From NCBI GenBank assembly GCA_963674745.2, contig CAXXDV010000001.1:2496001-2560000 (forward strand): 64,000 bases of DNA, read 5' to 3'. The first letter of the stretch is position 1. Each line of letters opens with the position of its first letter. A program made the translations under genes and the position numbers. Below are positions 1 to 7,802 of this stretch, piece after piece. The notes beneath the pieces are model-generated. The model searched no databases. It was not told where the DNA came from and saw only the letters and a program-made list of their open reading frames with translations. Source of the DNA: Desulfosudaceae bacterium (lineage in GTDB: Bacteria; Desulfobacterota; Desulfobacteria; Desulfobacterales; Desulfosudaceae).

Positions 1-1134
1 AAGACCGCTGACGGCACCGATGTCCAGAAGGCCCTGGCCGAACTGATCAAGGACGTTTCAGCACACGATAAAATCAGTGTTTACATGAATGCCGAACTTG
101 TCTCGGTTGAAGGTTTTGTCGGTAATTTTAAATCAATCATTTCCAGCAGCGATCAGGAGACAAACCTGGAACACGGCGTGGCCGTGGTGGCCACCGGCGC
201 TTCGCCCTATCAGCCGGATGAATATGCCTACGGCCAGGACCCCAGAATTATTACCAGCCTGGACATGGATAAAAAATTCATGGCCGATGATCCCGCCCTG
301 ACGCAGATCGATTCGGCGGTTTTTATCCAGTGTGTCGGCTCCCGGGAACCGGAACGGCCCTATTGCAGCCGGGTCTGTTGTACCCATTCAATTGACAATG
401 CCCTGGAACTGAAAAAACGCAATCCGGACATGAACGTGTACATCCTGTACCGGGATATCCGCACTTACGGTGAGCGTGAGTACCTGTTCCGTGAGGCGAG
501 GGAAGCCGGGGTGATTTTCATCCGTTACAAGCTGGATGACAAACCAATCGTGTCTGTTGACGGTGACAGCCTGACGGTTACGGTGAACGATCATGTGCTG
601 GGACGCAAGTTGGCGATCAATACGGACCTGCTGACACTGGCCACGGCCATTGTGCCCAATGAGACAGAGAAACTTGCCGGATTCTTTAAAATATCGGTAA
701 ATGATGACGGCATGTTCGCCGAAAAACATGCCAAGCTTGGTCCGTCCGAGTTTGCCACCGACGGGGTTTACCTTTGCGGGATGGCCCATTATCCCAAACC
801 TGTTGACGAAGCCGTGGCCCAGGGCAAGGCGGCGGCATCGCGGGCGGTGACCCTGCTTTCCCGGGAAATTGTTCATGCCAGCGGCAATGTGGCCCGGGTG
901 AACCCGGCTAAATGCAGCGCCTGCGGCGTATGTTTGTCCATCTGCCCCTATTCGGCACCGTCCTTTATCGAGGCAGATGCCCGATTCTTTCCCGGCAAGG
1001 CCCAGATCAACCCGGTGCTTTGTAAAGGCTGCGGTCTGTGTGTCGCTTCCTGCCGGTCAGGCGCCATCATGCTCAAGGGCTTTGACAACAACCAGATATT
1101 TGCCCAGATTTTTGCGTTAAAGGAAACAGGCTGA
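1..1134 (+). CDS. hdrA: Heterodisulfide reductase subunit A-like flavoprotein, C-terminal part (5' end lies outside the window)
   Basis: The frame is open from base 1 (KTADGTDVQKALAEL...). It carries HdrA motifs VVATGA, FIQCVGSR..YCSRVCC and GVYLCGMAHYPK, and two C-terminal ferredoxin motifs (CSACGVCLSICP, CKGCGLCVASC). Confidence 0.9.
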   Translation, partial: KTADGTDVQKALAELIKDVSAHDKISVYMNAELVSVEGFVGNFKSIISSSDQETNLEHGVAVVATGASPYQPDEYAYGQDPRIITSLDMDKKFMADDPALTQIDSAVFIQCVGSREPERPYCSRVCCTHSIDNALELKKRNPDMNVYILYRDIRTYGEREYLFREAREAGVIFIRYKLDDKPIVSVDGDSLTVTVNDHVLGRKLAINTDLLTLATAIVPNETEKLAGFFKISVNDDGMFAEKHAKLGPSEFATDGVYLCGMAHYPKPVDEAVAQGKAAASRAVTLLSREIVHASGNVARVNPAKCSACGVCLSICPYSAPSFIEADARFFPGKAQINPVLCKGCGLCVASCRSGAIMLKGFDNNQIFAQIFALKETG

Positions 1135-1185
1135 ACAATTACGGATTGATAGAAAATTGATGAACTCGTGAATATTTAAAATTGA

Positions 1186-1309
1186 GATGGCAAAGTAAAA
1201 AGTTCAAGATCAAGGCGCGCAAGCCCTGAGGAATGCAGCGTACATAGGAGTACGTGAAATTCCGAAGGGAGCAGCGCAACGCAGATGTTGGGCTTTTTAT
1301 GAAGCCATC
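1186..1309 (+). repeat. ~124-bp palindromic intergenic element (MITE/REP-like), copy 1
   Basis: Starts GATGGCAAAGTAAAAA and ends TTTTTATGAAGCCATC (imperfect terminal inverted repeats). Near-identical to the reverse complement of 1761-1884 and similar to 18120-18245. Confidence 0.9.
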
Positions 1310-1330
1310 AAAATCGTATGGAGAAAAATA

Positions 1331-1762
1331 ATGTCCGAATGGGAACCAAAAATAATGGCGTTTCTCTGCAACTGGTGCAGTTACGGCGCGGCCGATCTGG
1401 CCGGCGTCAGCCGGATGCAGTATCCCCCCAATATCCGGGTCGTCCGGCTGCCCTGCACCGGTCGCATGAGCCCCAAATTTGCCCTGGCGGCCCTGCGTGA
1501 AGGCGCGGATGCCATCTGGGTGTCCGGGTGACATCCGGGTGAATGCCATTACCTGGAAGGTAATTATCACGCCAGAAGAAAATTTTCGTTGTTTAAGAAC
1601 CTCATGGAATACATGGGGGTGGAACCGGAACGAATCCATTTTTCCTGGATCTCTTCGGCGGAATCCACCAAGTTCGTGGACGTGGTCAACGCGGTCACCG
1701 ATGACGTAAAGAAAGTCGGACCCAACAAACGGTTTGTCAAAAAAATCGACAAGGAAACTTGA
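1331..1762 (+). CDS. flxD: MvhD/FlxD [2Fe-2S] subunit, selenoprotein (in-frame TGA at 1529-1531)
   Basis: The translation [25 protein letters not shown]...LPCTGR...[23 protein letters not shown]...[16 protein letters not shown] is continuous MvhD across the TGA. The TGA occupies the Cys position of the GCHxGxCHY motif. The true stop is at 1760-1762. Confidence 0.92.
1548..1564 (+). promoter_or_regulatory. Putative bacterial SECIS hairpin
   Basis: ATTACCT-GGA-AGGTAAT forms a perfect stem with a G-containing loop. It starts 17 nt after the in-frame TGA. Confidence 0.7.
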
Positions 1763-1884
1763 TGGCTTCGTAAAAAATTCAATATCGGCGTTGCGCTTCG
1801 CCCTTCGGAATTTCACGTACTTCTATGTGCGCTGCATTCCTCAGGGCTTGCGCGCCTTGATCTTGAATTTTTTACTTTGCCATC
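1761..1884 (-). repeat. ~124-bp palindromic intergenic element, copy 2 (inverted relative to copy 1)
   Basis: The reverse complement aligns without gaps to 1186-1309, with about 11 mismatches counted by eye. It overlaps the flxD stop codon. Confidence 0.9.
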
Positions 1885-1920
1885 CGAATATTAACTTTTT
1901 ACGAAGGCATTAAGCTTGAT

Positions 1921-2868
1921 ATGCGGGCATATTCAGAGAAAATACGTCAGATTGCGAAATCGCTTCTTGAGGCCGGCCGTGTCGATATGGTGATCGGTTT
2001 TACCGACGGTACACTGCCGATGAAATCCGCACCGCTTTGCGCCGGAACCGTTGAAGCGGCCGATCAGCTGATGATTGACGCCTTTTGCGGCATTAACCTG
2101 GCCAACTACCTGACCGGTCGCAAGGAAAAGATCGGTGTTGTGGCCAGGGGGTGTGACTCCCGGAGTATTGTCAATCATATCGTGGAGAACAAAATCAAGC
2201 GGGAGCAGCTGGTGATTATCGGTGTTCCCTGCACGGGCATGGCGGACCCGAAAAAAGTAGCCCGGGCCTATGACGGTGATATCAGTGCGGTAGTGGACGA
2301 AGGTGACATGCTGGCCGTCAGCGGCAGCGGGGGTGAAAGCCGGATCGAAAAAGCGGCCGTGATGGATGATTGCTGCGCGGTTTGTGTTCATCGTAATCCG
2401 GTCATTTCCGACGAGATGGTCGCAGACCCCGTGCCGGAACAGGACGGGGCCGGTCGGTATGAAATGGTGGAGACGGTTGAAAACATGTCAACCGACGAAA
2501 AATGGGATTATTTTGAATCCATGTTTTCTTCCTGTATCCGCTGTTATGCCTGTCGCAATGCCTGTCCGTTATGCTATTGTCCCACCTGTTTTGTGGATGA
2601 AACAGCACCCCAGTGGGTCGGTAAAGGCCAGGACGATGTCGACGTTCGGACGTTTCATTTTCTAAGGGCCTATCATTGCGCCGGCCGGTGTGTTGACTGC
2701 GGTGCCTGCGTCAGGGCCTGCCCCATGGATATCAACGTCCGGTTGCTGACCAAGAAGCTGGAAAAAGACTGCCTTGAGCTCTATGACTGGGAAGCCGGCA
2801 TGACCTTAGAAAAACGCCCCGTTCTGGATGTTTTTTCACCCAATGATCCGGATGGATTTATTAAATAG
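1921..2868 (+). CDS. flxC: FlxC-like iron-sulfur protein (FrhB/FdhB-like N-terminus plus two 4Fe-4S motifs)
   Basis: Motifs CIRCYACRNACPLCYCPTC and HCAGRCVDCGACVRACP; lies directly after mvhD/flxD in an hdrA cluster. Confidence 0.8.
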   Translation: MRAYSEKIRQIAKSLLEAGRVDMVIGFTDGTLPMKSAPLCAGTVEAADQLMIDAFCGINLANYLTGRKEKIGVVARGCDSRSIVNHIVENKIKREQLVIIGVPCTGMADPKKVARAYDGDISAVVDEGDMLAVSGSGGESRIEKAAVMDDCCAVCVHRNPVISDEMVADPVPEQDGAGRYEMVETVENMSTDEKWDYFESMFSSCIRCYACRNACPLCYCPTCFVDETAPQWVGKGQDDVDVRTFHFLRAYHCAGRCVDCGACVRACPMDINVRLLTKKLEKDCLELYDWEAGMTLEKRPVLDVFSPNDPDGFIK

Positions 2869-2882
2869 TGATAGAGGAGTAA

Positions 2883-3929
2883 ATGGCCAAAATAATCAAA
2901 ATCGACAAACAGAAATGGCAGGATAATTTCAGCCGACTGCTGGGGACGTATCGCGTTATTGCGCCTCGGGTTGAGGACGGCGTCTGTGAGTTCCGTCAGT
3001 TGACGGAAGGGCAGGTGCCGGACCTGGCCTTTGCCAACACGCGCCGGTCCCCGAAAGCGGTTGTGTTTCCCCAGACCGAAGTTATGATGGCATATTCTCT
3101 GGATGAGAATGACCCGGAGAAAAATATCATGAAACCGGCTGTTGACAACTTTCCGCTGACGGCGGTGGTGGGTATCCGGCCCTGTGATGCCAGAGCGCTT
3201 ACCCTGGTCAGGTTGAATTTTGACACGCCGGAATATCAGGATCCGTATTGGCTCGGGCATTATGAAAACACGGTTTTCGTCGGCCTGGCCTGTGACGCTC
3301 CGGATGCGGTCTGTTTCTGTTCTTCCACCGGCGGCGGTCCCTATGATGAAACCGGGCTTGATGTGCTTTTGTCCGACAGAGGCGATTTTTTCCTGGCCAA
3401 AGCGTTTACCGATAAGGGAGAAAAGATTTTAGAAACAGCCGGTTGGCAGGATCCGTCGGGCGATGACAATGCATTTGACGCTTTGCAGAAAGCAGCTGAG
3501 GAGAAGATCGTTTCGGCCGTCTCAACCGACCATCTGGCCGAAAAAAGCCTGCTGGATCTGCATTCAGCTCCCTTCTGGGACAATATCGCCTTTGCCTGTA
3601 TCAATTGCGGCACCTGCACCTATCTTTGTCCGACCTGCTGGTGTTTTGACATTCAGGATGAGGCTCAAGGAAAAAAAGGTGTGCGCATGCGCAACTGGGA
3701 CAGTTGCATGTTCCCTTTGTTTACGATGCACACCACCGGGCATAATCCAAGAGAAGAGAAAACGCAACGGGTACGTCAGCGCTTTATGCATAAGCTGAAA
3801 TATTTCGTGGATAAATACGACCAGGGGATCATGTGCACCGGCTGTGGCCGTTGTGTCCGTTCCTGCCCGGTCAATATTGATATCCGAACGGTTTGTAATC
3901 GGATGAACGATTATGCGGCCGAAGCGTAA
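2883..3929 (+). CDS. flxB: FlxB / AsrA-like 4Fe-4S protein
   Basis: Motifs GIRPCD, CINCGTCTYLCPTCWCF, RNWDSC, RVRQRFMHK and CTGCGRCVRSCP. Confidence 0.85.
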   Translation: MAKIIKIDKQKWQDNFSRLLGTYRVIAPRVEDGVCEFRQLTEGQVPDLAFANTRRSPKAVVFPQTEVMMAYSLDENDPEKNIMKPAVDNFPLTAVVGIRPCDARALTLVRLNFDTPEYQDPYWLGHYENTVFVGLACDAPDAVCFCSSTGGGPYDETGLDVLLSDRGDFFLAKAFTDKGEKILETAGWQDPSGDDNAFDALQKAAEEKIVSAVSTDHLAEKSLLDLHSAPFWDNIAFACINCGTCTYLCPTCWCFDIQDEAQGKKGVRMRNWDSCMFPLFTMHTTGHNPREEKTQRVRQRFMHKLKYFVDKYDQGIMCTGCGRCVRSCPVNIDIRTVCNRMNDYAAEA

Positions 3930-3955
3930 AGGCGTATAACCCGGGAGAAAAGTTA

Positions 3956-4801
3956 ATGATGAATCCATATTTGCCCTATCCGGTCCGCATTGATGATATC
4001 AAAAACGAAACCGAAGACCGGAGCTTAAAAACATTCAAGTTTGTGTTTATCAATCCTGATGATGAAGAACGGTTTGCCTACCGGGCCGGCCAGTTCGCCG
4101 AGTTGTCCATTGCCGGGCAGGGAGAGATCCCCATTGGCATTGCCTCTTCACCGGTGGAAAAGGGGTTTGTGAAGTTTACGGTCAACCGCGCCGGTGTGGT
4201 GACCACCTGTCTGCACAACATGCAGGTCGGTGACGTGATGGGTATACGGGGGCCGCTGGGTAACAGCTATCCCTGGGACACCCTGCAGGGGAAAAACATT
4301 CTCATCGTGGGCGGCGGCTTTGCCTTTACCACCCTGCGCTCGTCGATTATTTATATGCTTCATCCGGATAACCGTGATAAATACGGTAACATTGACGTGG
4401 TTTACGGTGCCCGGACGCCGGGTATGCTGCTTTACCTAGATGAGCTGGCCGAATGGGAAAAACGGGACGATATCAATATGCATATCACCGTGGACGGGAC
4501 CGATGATCCGGATTGGAAATATCATGTCGGTTTTGTGCCGCCGGTGGTTGAAGACAACGCGCCCGAGGGCGGGCCGGACAGTTACGCCATCATTTGCGGA
4601 CCGCCGGTGATGATCAAGTTTACCCTGCCAGTGCTTGAAAAGCTCGGTTACGCCCATGATAACATCATCATGTCCCTGGAAAACCGGATGAAATGCGGCA
4701 TCGGCATGTGCGGGCGATGTAATATCGGTAAAGAGCTGGTTTGCAAGGACGGACCGGTGTTTACGCTTTCAGAATTGAATCAGACACCGAAAGAATATTA
4801 A
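3956..4801 (+). CDS. flxA: FlxA / AsrB-like FAD/NAD(P)-binding oxidoreductase with [2Fe-2S]
   Basis: Motifs GQF, RGPLGN, VGGG, YGART, ICGPPVM and MKCGIGMCGRC...CKDGPVF. Confidence 0.88.
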   Translation: MMNPYLPYPVRIDDIKNETEDRSLKTFKFVFINPDDEERFAYRAGQFAELSIAGQGEIPIGIASSPVEKGFVKFTVNRAGVVTTCLHNMQVGDVMGIRGPLGNSYPWDTLQGKNILIVGGGFAFTTLRSSIIYMLHPDNRDKYGNIDVVYGARTPGMLLYLDELAEWEKRDDINMHITVDGTDDPDWKYHVGFVPPVVEDNAPEGGPDSYAIICGPPVMIKFTLPVLEKLGYAHDNIIMSLENRMKCGIGMCGRCNIGKELVCKDGPVFTLSELNQTPKEY

Positions 4802-4837
4802 GGATTTCAGTAATATGTTTTTGTGGTGACAAATCAC

Positions 4838-4866
4838 TTGACAATAAGAAAAACGAGCGTTAATGT
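4838..4866 (+). promoter_or_regulatory. Putative sigma70 promoter for dsrC
   Basis: TTGACA-N17-TAATGT in an AT-rich intergenic region. A strong RBS (AAAGGAGG) precedes dsrC. Confidence 0.55.
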
Positions 4867-4963
4867 AAAAAATTTAGAATTAACTAAGCGGTAAAATAAA
4901 GAATAATAAGGGCTAAACAGGATCGAAACGGGAATATAAGCAACCATAAAGGAGGTTAACTCA

Positions 4964-5281
4964 ATGGCAACAGTTGAATTTCAAGGCAAATCATTTACGG
5001 TGGATGAGGACGGTTTTATTGAATCCTACAGCGATTTCGCAGAAGAGTGGGTCCAGTGGGTCAAGAAAGAAGAAGGGATTGAAGAACTGAACGAAGAACA
5101 TCGCAAGGTTATCCAGGTTCTCCAGGACTACTACGAGAAAAACGGGATTGCCCCGATGGTTCGCATTCTTTCCAAACTCACCGGCTTTAAACTGAAACAC
5201 ATTTACGAACTTTTCCCTTCAGGACCGGGAAAAGGAGCCTGTAAAATGGCTGGTCTGCCCAAACCGACAGGCTGCGTCTAA
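4964..5281 (+). CDS. dsrC: Dissimilatory sulfite reductase partner protein DsrC
   Basis: N-terminal DEDGF, central APMVR, and C-terminal LFPSGPGKGACKMAGLPKPTGCV with both conserved cysteines (Cx10C). Confidence 0.96.
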   Translation: MATVEFQGKSFTVDEDGFIESYSDFAEEWVQWVKKEEGIEELNEEHRKVIQVLQDYYEKNGIAPMVRILSKLTGFKLKHIYELFPSGPGKGACKMAGLPKPTGCV

Positions 5282-5304
5282 TCTTCAGTTACATTTCGTT
5301 CATT

Positions 5305-5336
5305 AAAAAAAGCCCTGATTTGTTCAGGGCTTTTTT
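5305..5336. terminator. Intrinsic terminator after dsrC (possibly bidirectional)
   Basis: AAAAAAAGCCCTGA-TTTGT-TCAGGGCTTTTTT: a stem with flanking A and T tracts. Confidence 0.85.
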
Positions 5337-5352
5337 GTTTTATGGGGGAAAA

Positions 5353-5805
5353 ATGGGTATTGACGCTGTTGACAGGCGGATTTTAAATTCGATACAGTCA
5401 AATTTTCCTATAGATCCGAATCCTTACGAGAAGGTTGCGGAAAGCCTGGGCCTGACGGAAGCAGATGTTTTAGACCGTGTCAGCGCTTTAAAAGCGGCCG
5501 GTATTATCCGGCGTATCGGCGGGAATTTCGTTCCGGATAAACTCGGATACGTCAGCACGCTTTGTGCGGCCAGGGTGCCGGCGGAAAAGCTGGACCTGTT
5601 CGCCGGCGTGGTGAATGACTATTCCGGTGTGACCCATAATTATGTGAGGGACAACGATTTTAACGTCTGGTTCACCTTTATCGCGCCTTCCATGAAAAAG
5701 ATCGAACAGAGCCTTGATGAAATCAGGCGCCGGACCGGTGTGGCTGAAGTGCTGAGTTTGCCGGCGACGAAAGTGTTTAAAATAAAAGCGGAGTTTATCT
5801 TATGA
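5353..5805 (+). CDS. ahbA: Siroheme decarboxylase alpha subunit (Lrp/AsnC-like fold)
   Basis: DRRILNSIQSNFP..PY, GIIRRIGGNF...LGYVSTLCAA, GVTHNYVR..FNVWFT and LPATKVFKI are AhbA/NirD-type motifs. Confidence 0.82.
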   Translation: MGIDAVDRRILNSIQSNFPIDPNPYEKVAESLGLTEADVLDRVSALKAAGIIRRIGGNFVPDKLGYVSTLCAARVPAEKLDLFAGVVNDYSGVTHNYVRDNDFNVWFTFIAPSMKKIEQSLDEIRRRTGVAEVLSLPATKVFKIKAEFIL

Positions 5806-6617
5806 AAAATATCCGCATTGCCTTAATCACCTGCTGCTGTCCGGCCGGTGATGTGCGCCGGAATCTCGACACCACGATTCACTGGACCGGCCAGGCCAAA
5901 GCGGCCGGGGCGGCGCTTGTCTGTTTTCCGGAAATGAACATCTCCGGTTACGGCCTTGATTTTGAAGGCTATGAAAAAACCGCCGATCTGTTTGAAGATG
6001 TTGTCAACGCGCTTTCTGCCCTGGCGGCGCGTCAGGACATCACGGTTCTGGCCGGGACGGTTAAAAAATCACCGGAGGACAACTCCTTTCTGCCCTGTCA
6101 TGTGGTCGCCCATCCCGATGGTGAGGTGGGAACCTATGTCAAGCTCCATATTGCCCCGCCTGAAGCGGCCATTTTCATTCCCGGAGATACGGTGCCACTG
6201 TTTAACGGCCCGGGTCTCCGGTTCGGTATTCAGCTCTGTTATGACGCCCATTTTCCGGAACTGTCCACCCGCATGGCCCTTGACGGAGCCGATCTGATTT
6301 TTTTCCCCCATGCGTCTCCCCGGGGCGATACCGCTCAGGAAAAATACGATTCCTGGATGCGCCATTTGCCGGCCAGGGCCTTTGATAACGGTCTGTTTGT
6401 GGCCGCCTGCAACCAGTCCGGCCACAACGGTGCCCGGCTGGAATTCCCTGGTTTGGCCGTGGTTATCGGTCCGGATGGAAAGGTGATTGATAAAGTCCTG
6501 GCCGGGGACCGGATGCTGGTGGTTGACCTGTCGGCTGATGATCTGGCTGCGGTCCGTGATCATCGTATGCGCTATTTTCTTCCCAACCGGCGACCGGACG
6601 TTTACGGTACTGATTGA
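5802..6617 (+). CDS. Carbon-nitrogen hydrolase (nitrilase superfamily)
   Basis: Glu-Lys-Cys triad motifs FPE, YVKLH and LCYD; RAFDN motif; ATGA overlap with ahbA. Confidence 0.9.
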   Translation: MKNIRIALITCCCPAGDVRRNLDTTIHWTGQAKAAGAALVCFPEMNISGYGLDFEGYEKTADLFEDVVNALSALAARQDITVLAGTVKKSPEDNSFLPCHVVAHPDGEVGTYVKLHIAPPEAAIFIPGDTVPLFNGPGLRFGIQLCYDAHFPELSTRMALDGADLIFFPHASPRGDTAQEKYDSWMRHLPARAFDNGLFVAACNQSGHNGARLEFPGLAVVIGPDGKVIDKVLAGDRMLVVDLSADDLAAVRDHRMRYFLPNRRPDVYGTD

Positions 6618-6673
6618 TTCGTTGTTTAAAAGTTCATCTTATACTGATGGCTTTTCATCAATTCTACTGGCAA

Positions 6674-6760
6674 AAGGGTTCAAGGATTCAAGGGGTCAAG
6701 GTTTCCAGGGGACATGGTAGTTCACTTGAACCCTTGAATCCTCGAACCCTTGGACCCCTT
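6674..6760. repeat. Inverted arrays of degenerate 8-bp units between convergent genes
   Basis: AAGGGTTC AAGGATTC AAGGGGTC AAGGTTTC, then CTTGAACC CTTGAATC CTCGAACC CTTGGACC (the reverse-complement array). Confidence 0.8.
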
Positions 6761-7500
6761 CAATATTCGACACTTATCAGAAACAAGCCCTGGGGTGGTG
6801 CGGTAGCGCCGGCCCTGGAGCGGTCTTTTGCTTCCAGAATCTGCCCCATGTCTTCAGGTTCGCGTTTGCCCAGGCCGATCTCAACCAGGGTGCCCACAAT
6901 ATTCCTGACCATGTGTTTTAAGAAGCCGCTGGCCGTAATGTCGAAGAAAATGCGGGCATCCGGTGTCTCATGAATTTCAACCTGCAAGACATGCCGTACG
7001 GAACTGTTCTGCGGGCTGCCAGTGCCTTCAAACGAGGAAAAATCATGCTCGCCGATGATGTATGACAGGGCCCGGCGCATGGCCGTGATATCCAGCGGCC
7101 GGCGGATGTGCCAGGCATATTGGCGGCCGATGGCAACGGGCAGTTCGCGGTTGAGGATCCGGTACTGGTAGGTCTTTTGCCGGGCGTTATACCGGGCGTG
7201 AAAATCATCGGCCGCCTGGCGGCAGTCGCAGATGATCACGTCAACATCCAGCAGGCTGTTTAATCCTTTTTTAAATACATCGGCTGTAAGATGGGTATCA
7301 CACCTGAAACTGGCCACCTGGGCCAGGGCGTGGACCCCGGCGTCGGTGCGTCCGGAACCGATCACCGTAACCTTTTGGCCGGTCATGGTGAACAGCGCGG
7401 CCTCGATCTCGCCCTGGATGGAACGGTCGGTTTTCTGACGCTGCCAGCCGTGATAGTTGGTGCCGTCGTATTCGATGATCAGTTTAAAGGTTTGCGTCAT
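6760..7500 (-). CDS. truA: tRNA pseudouridine(38-40) synthase
   Basis: Motifs YDGTNYHGWQRQ, GSGRTDAGVHA, FHARY, GFLKHMVRNIVG and TAPPQGL. Confidence 0.96.
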   Translation of the reverse strand: MTQTFKLIIEYDGTNYHGWQRQKTDRSIQGEIEAALFTMTGQKVTVIGSGRTDAGVHALAQVASFRCDTHLTADVFKKGLNSLLDVDVIICDCRQAADDFHARYNARQKTYQYRILNRELPVAIGRQYAWHIRRPLDITAMRRALSYIIGEHDFSSFEGTGSPQNSSVRHVLQVEIHETPDARIFFDITASGFLKHMVRNIVGTLVEIGLGKREPEDMGQILEAKDRSRAGATAPPQGLFLISVEY

Positions 7501-7699
7501 ATGAAAGTCCATAATAATCGTTTGTCATTAACGAAAAAAAAGACAAAATGCAAGTCGGGTGTATGCAGTTATCGATGGCCTCCTTTTTTCTCTTGATTAT
7601 CTCGGGTGGTTAAAAAATAAACCCTTTTTGAATAAACTCCATGACTTGCGATCGGTCGCTGGTTCGCACAATCTTTCGTCAGGGCAATGTTTAATTTGC

Positions 7700-7727
7700 T
7701 TTACGGTTTTGTAAAAGCTGCTATAAT
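7700..7727 (+). promoter_or_regulatory. Putative extended -10 promoter for the fibre-like cassette
   Basis: TGcTATAAT at 7719-7727, with TTTACG 16 nt upstream of the TATAAT. Confidence 0.5.
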
Positions 7728-7802
7728 AATGAAAATTTGAAAACGGTTTATCGGATTATCACGTTTTTCCCTTACCAAAGTTTCAGTTCAGGAGAACGGT
7801 CA

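Noticed and set aside
1331..1531. flxD as a truncated gene or pseudogene
   Set aside because: The TGA is at a conserved Cys, similarity continues in frame and a SECIS-like hairpin follows, so selenocysteine is the better explanation.
1139..1816. 225-aa minus-strand ORF over flxD
   Set aside because: It is antisense to a well-supported MvhD gene and runs through repeat elements, with no recognisable motifs.
4821..4840. Possible Rex operator upstream of dsrC (TTGTGGTGACAAATCACTT)
   Set aside because: The GTG-to-CAC spacing is 9 rather than the 8 of the Rex consensus. Only a short GTGA-N4-TCAC palindrome remains, too weak to call.
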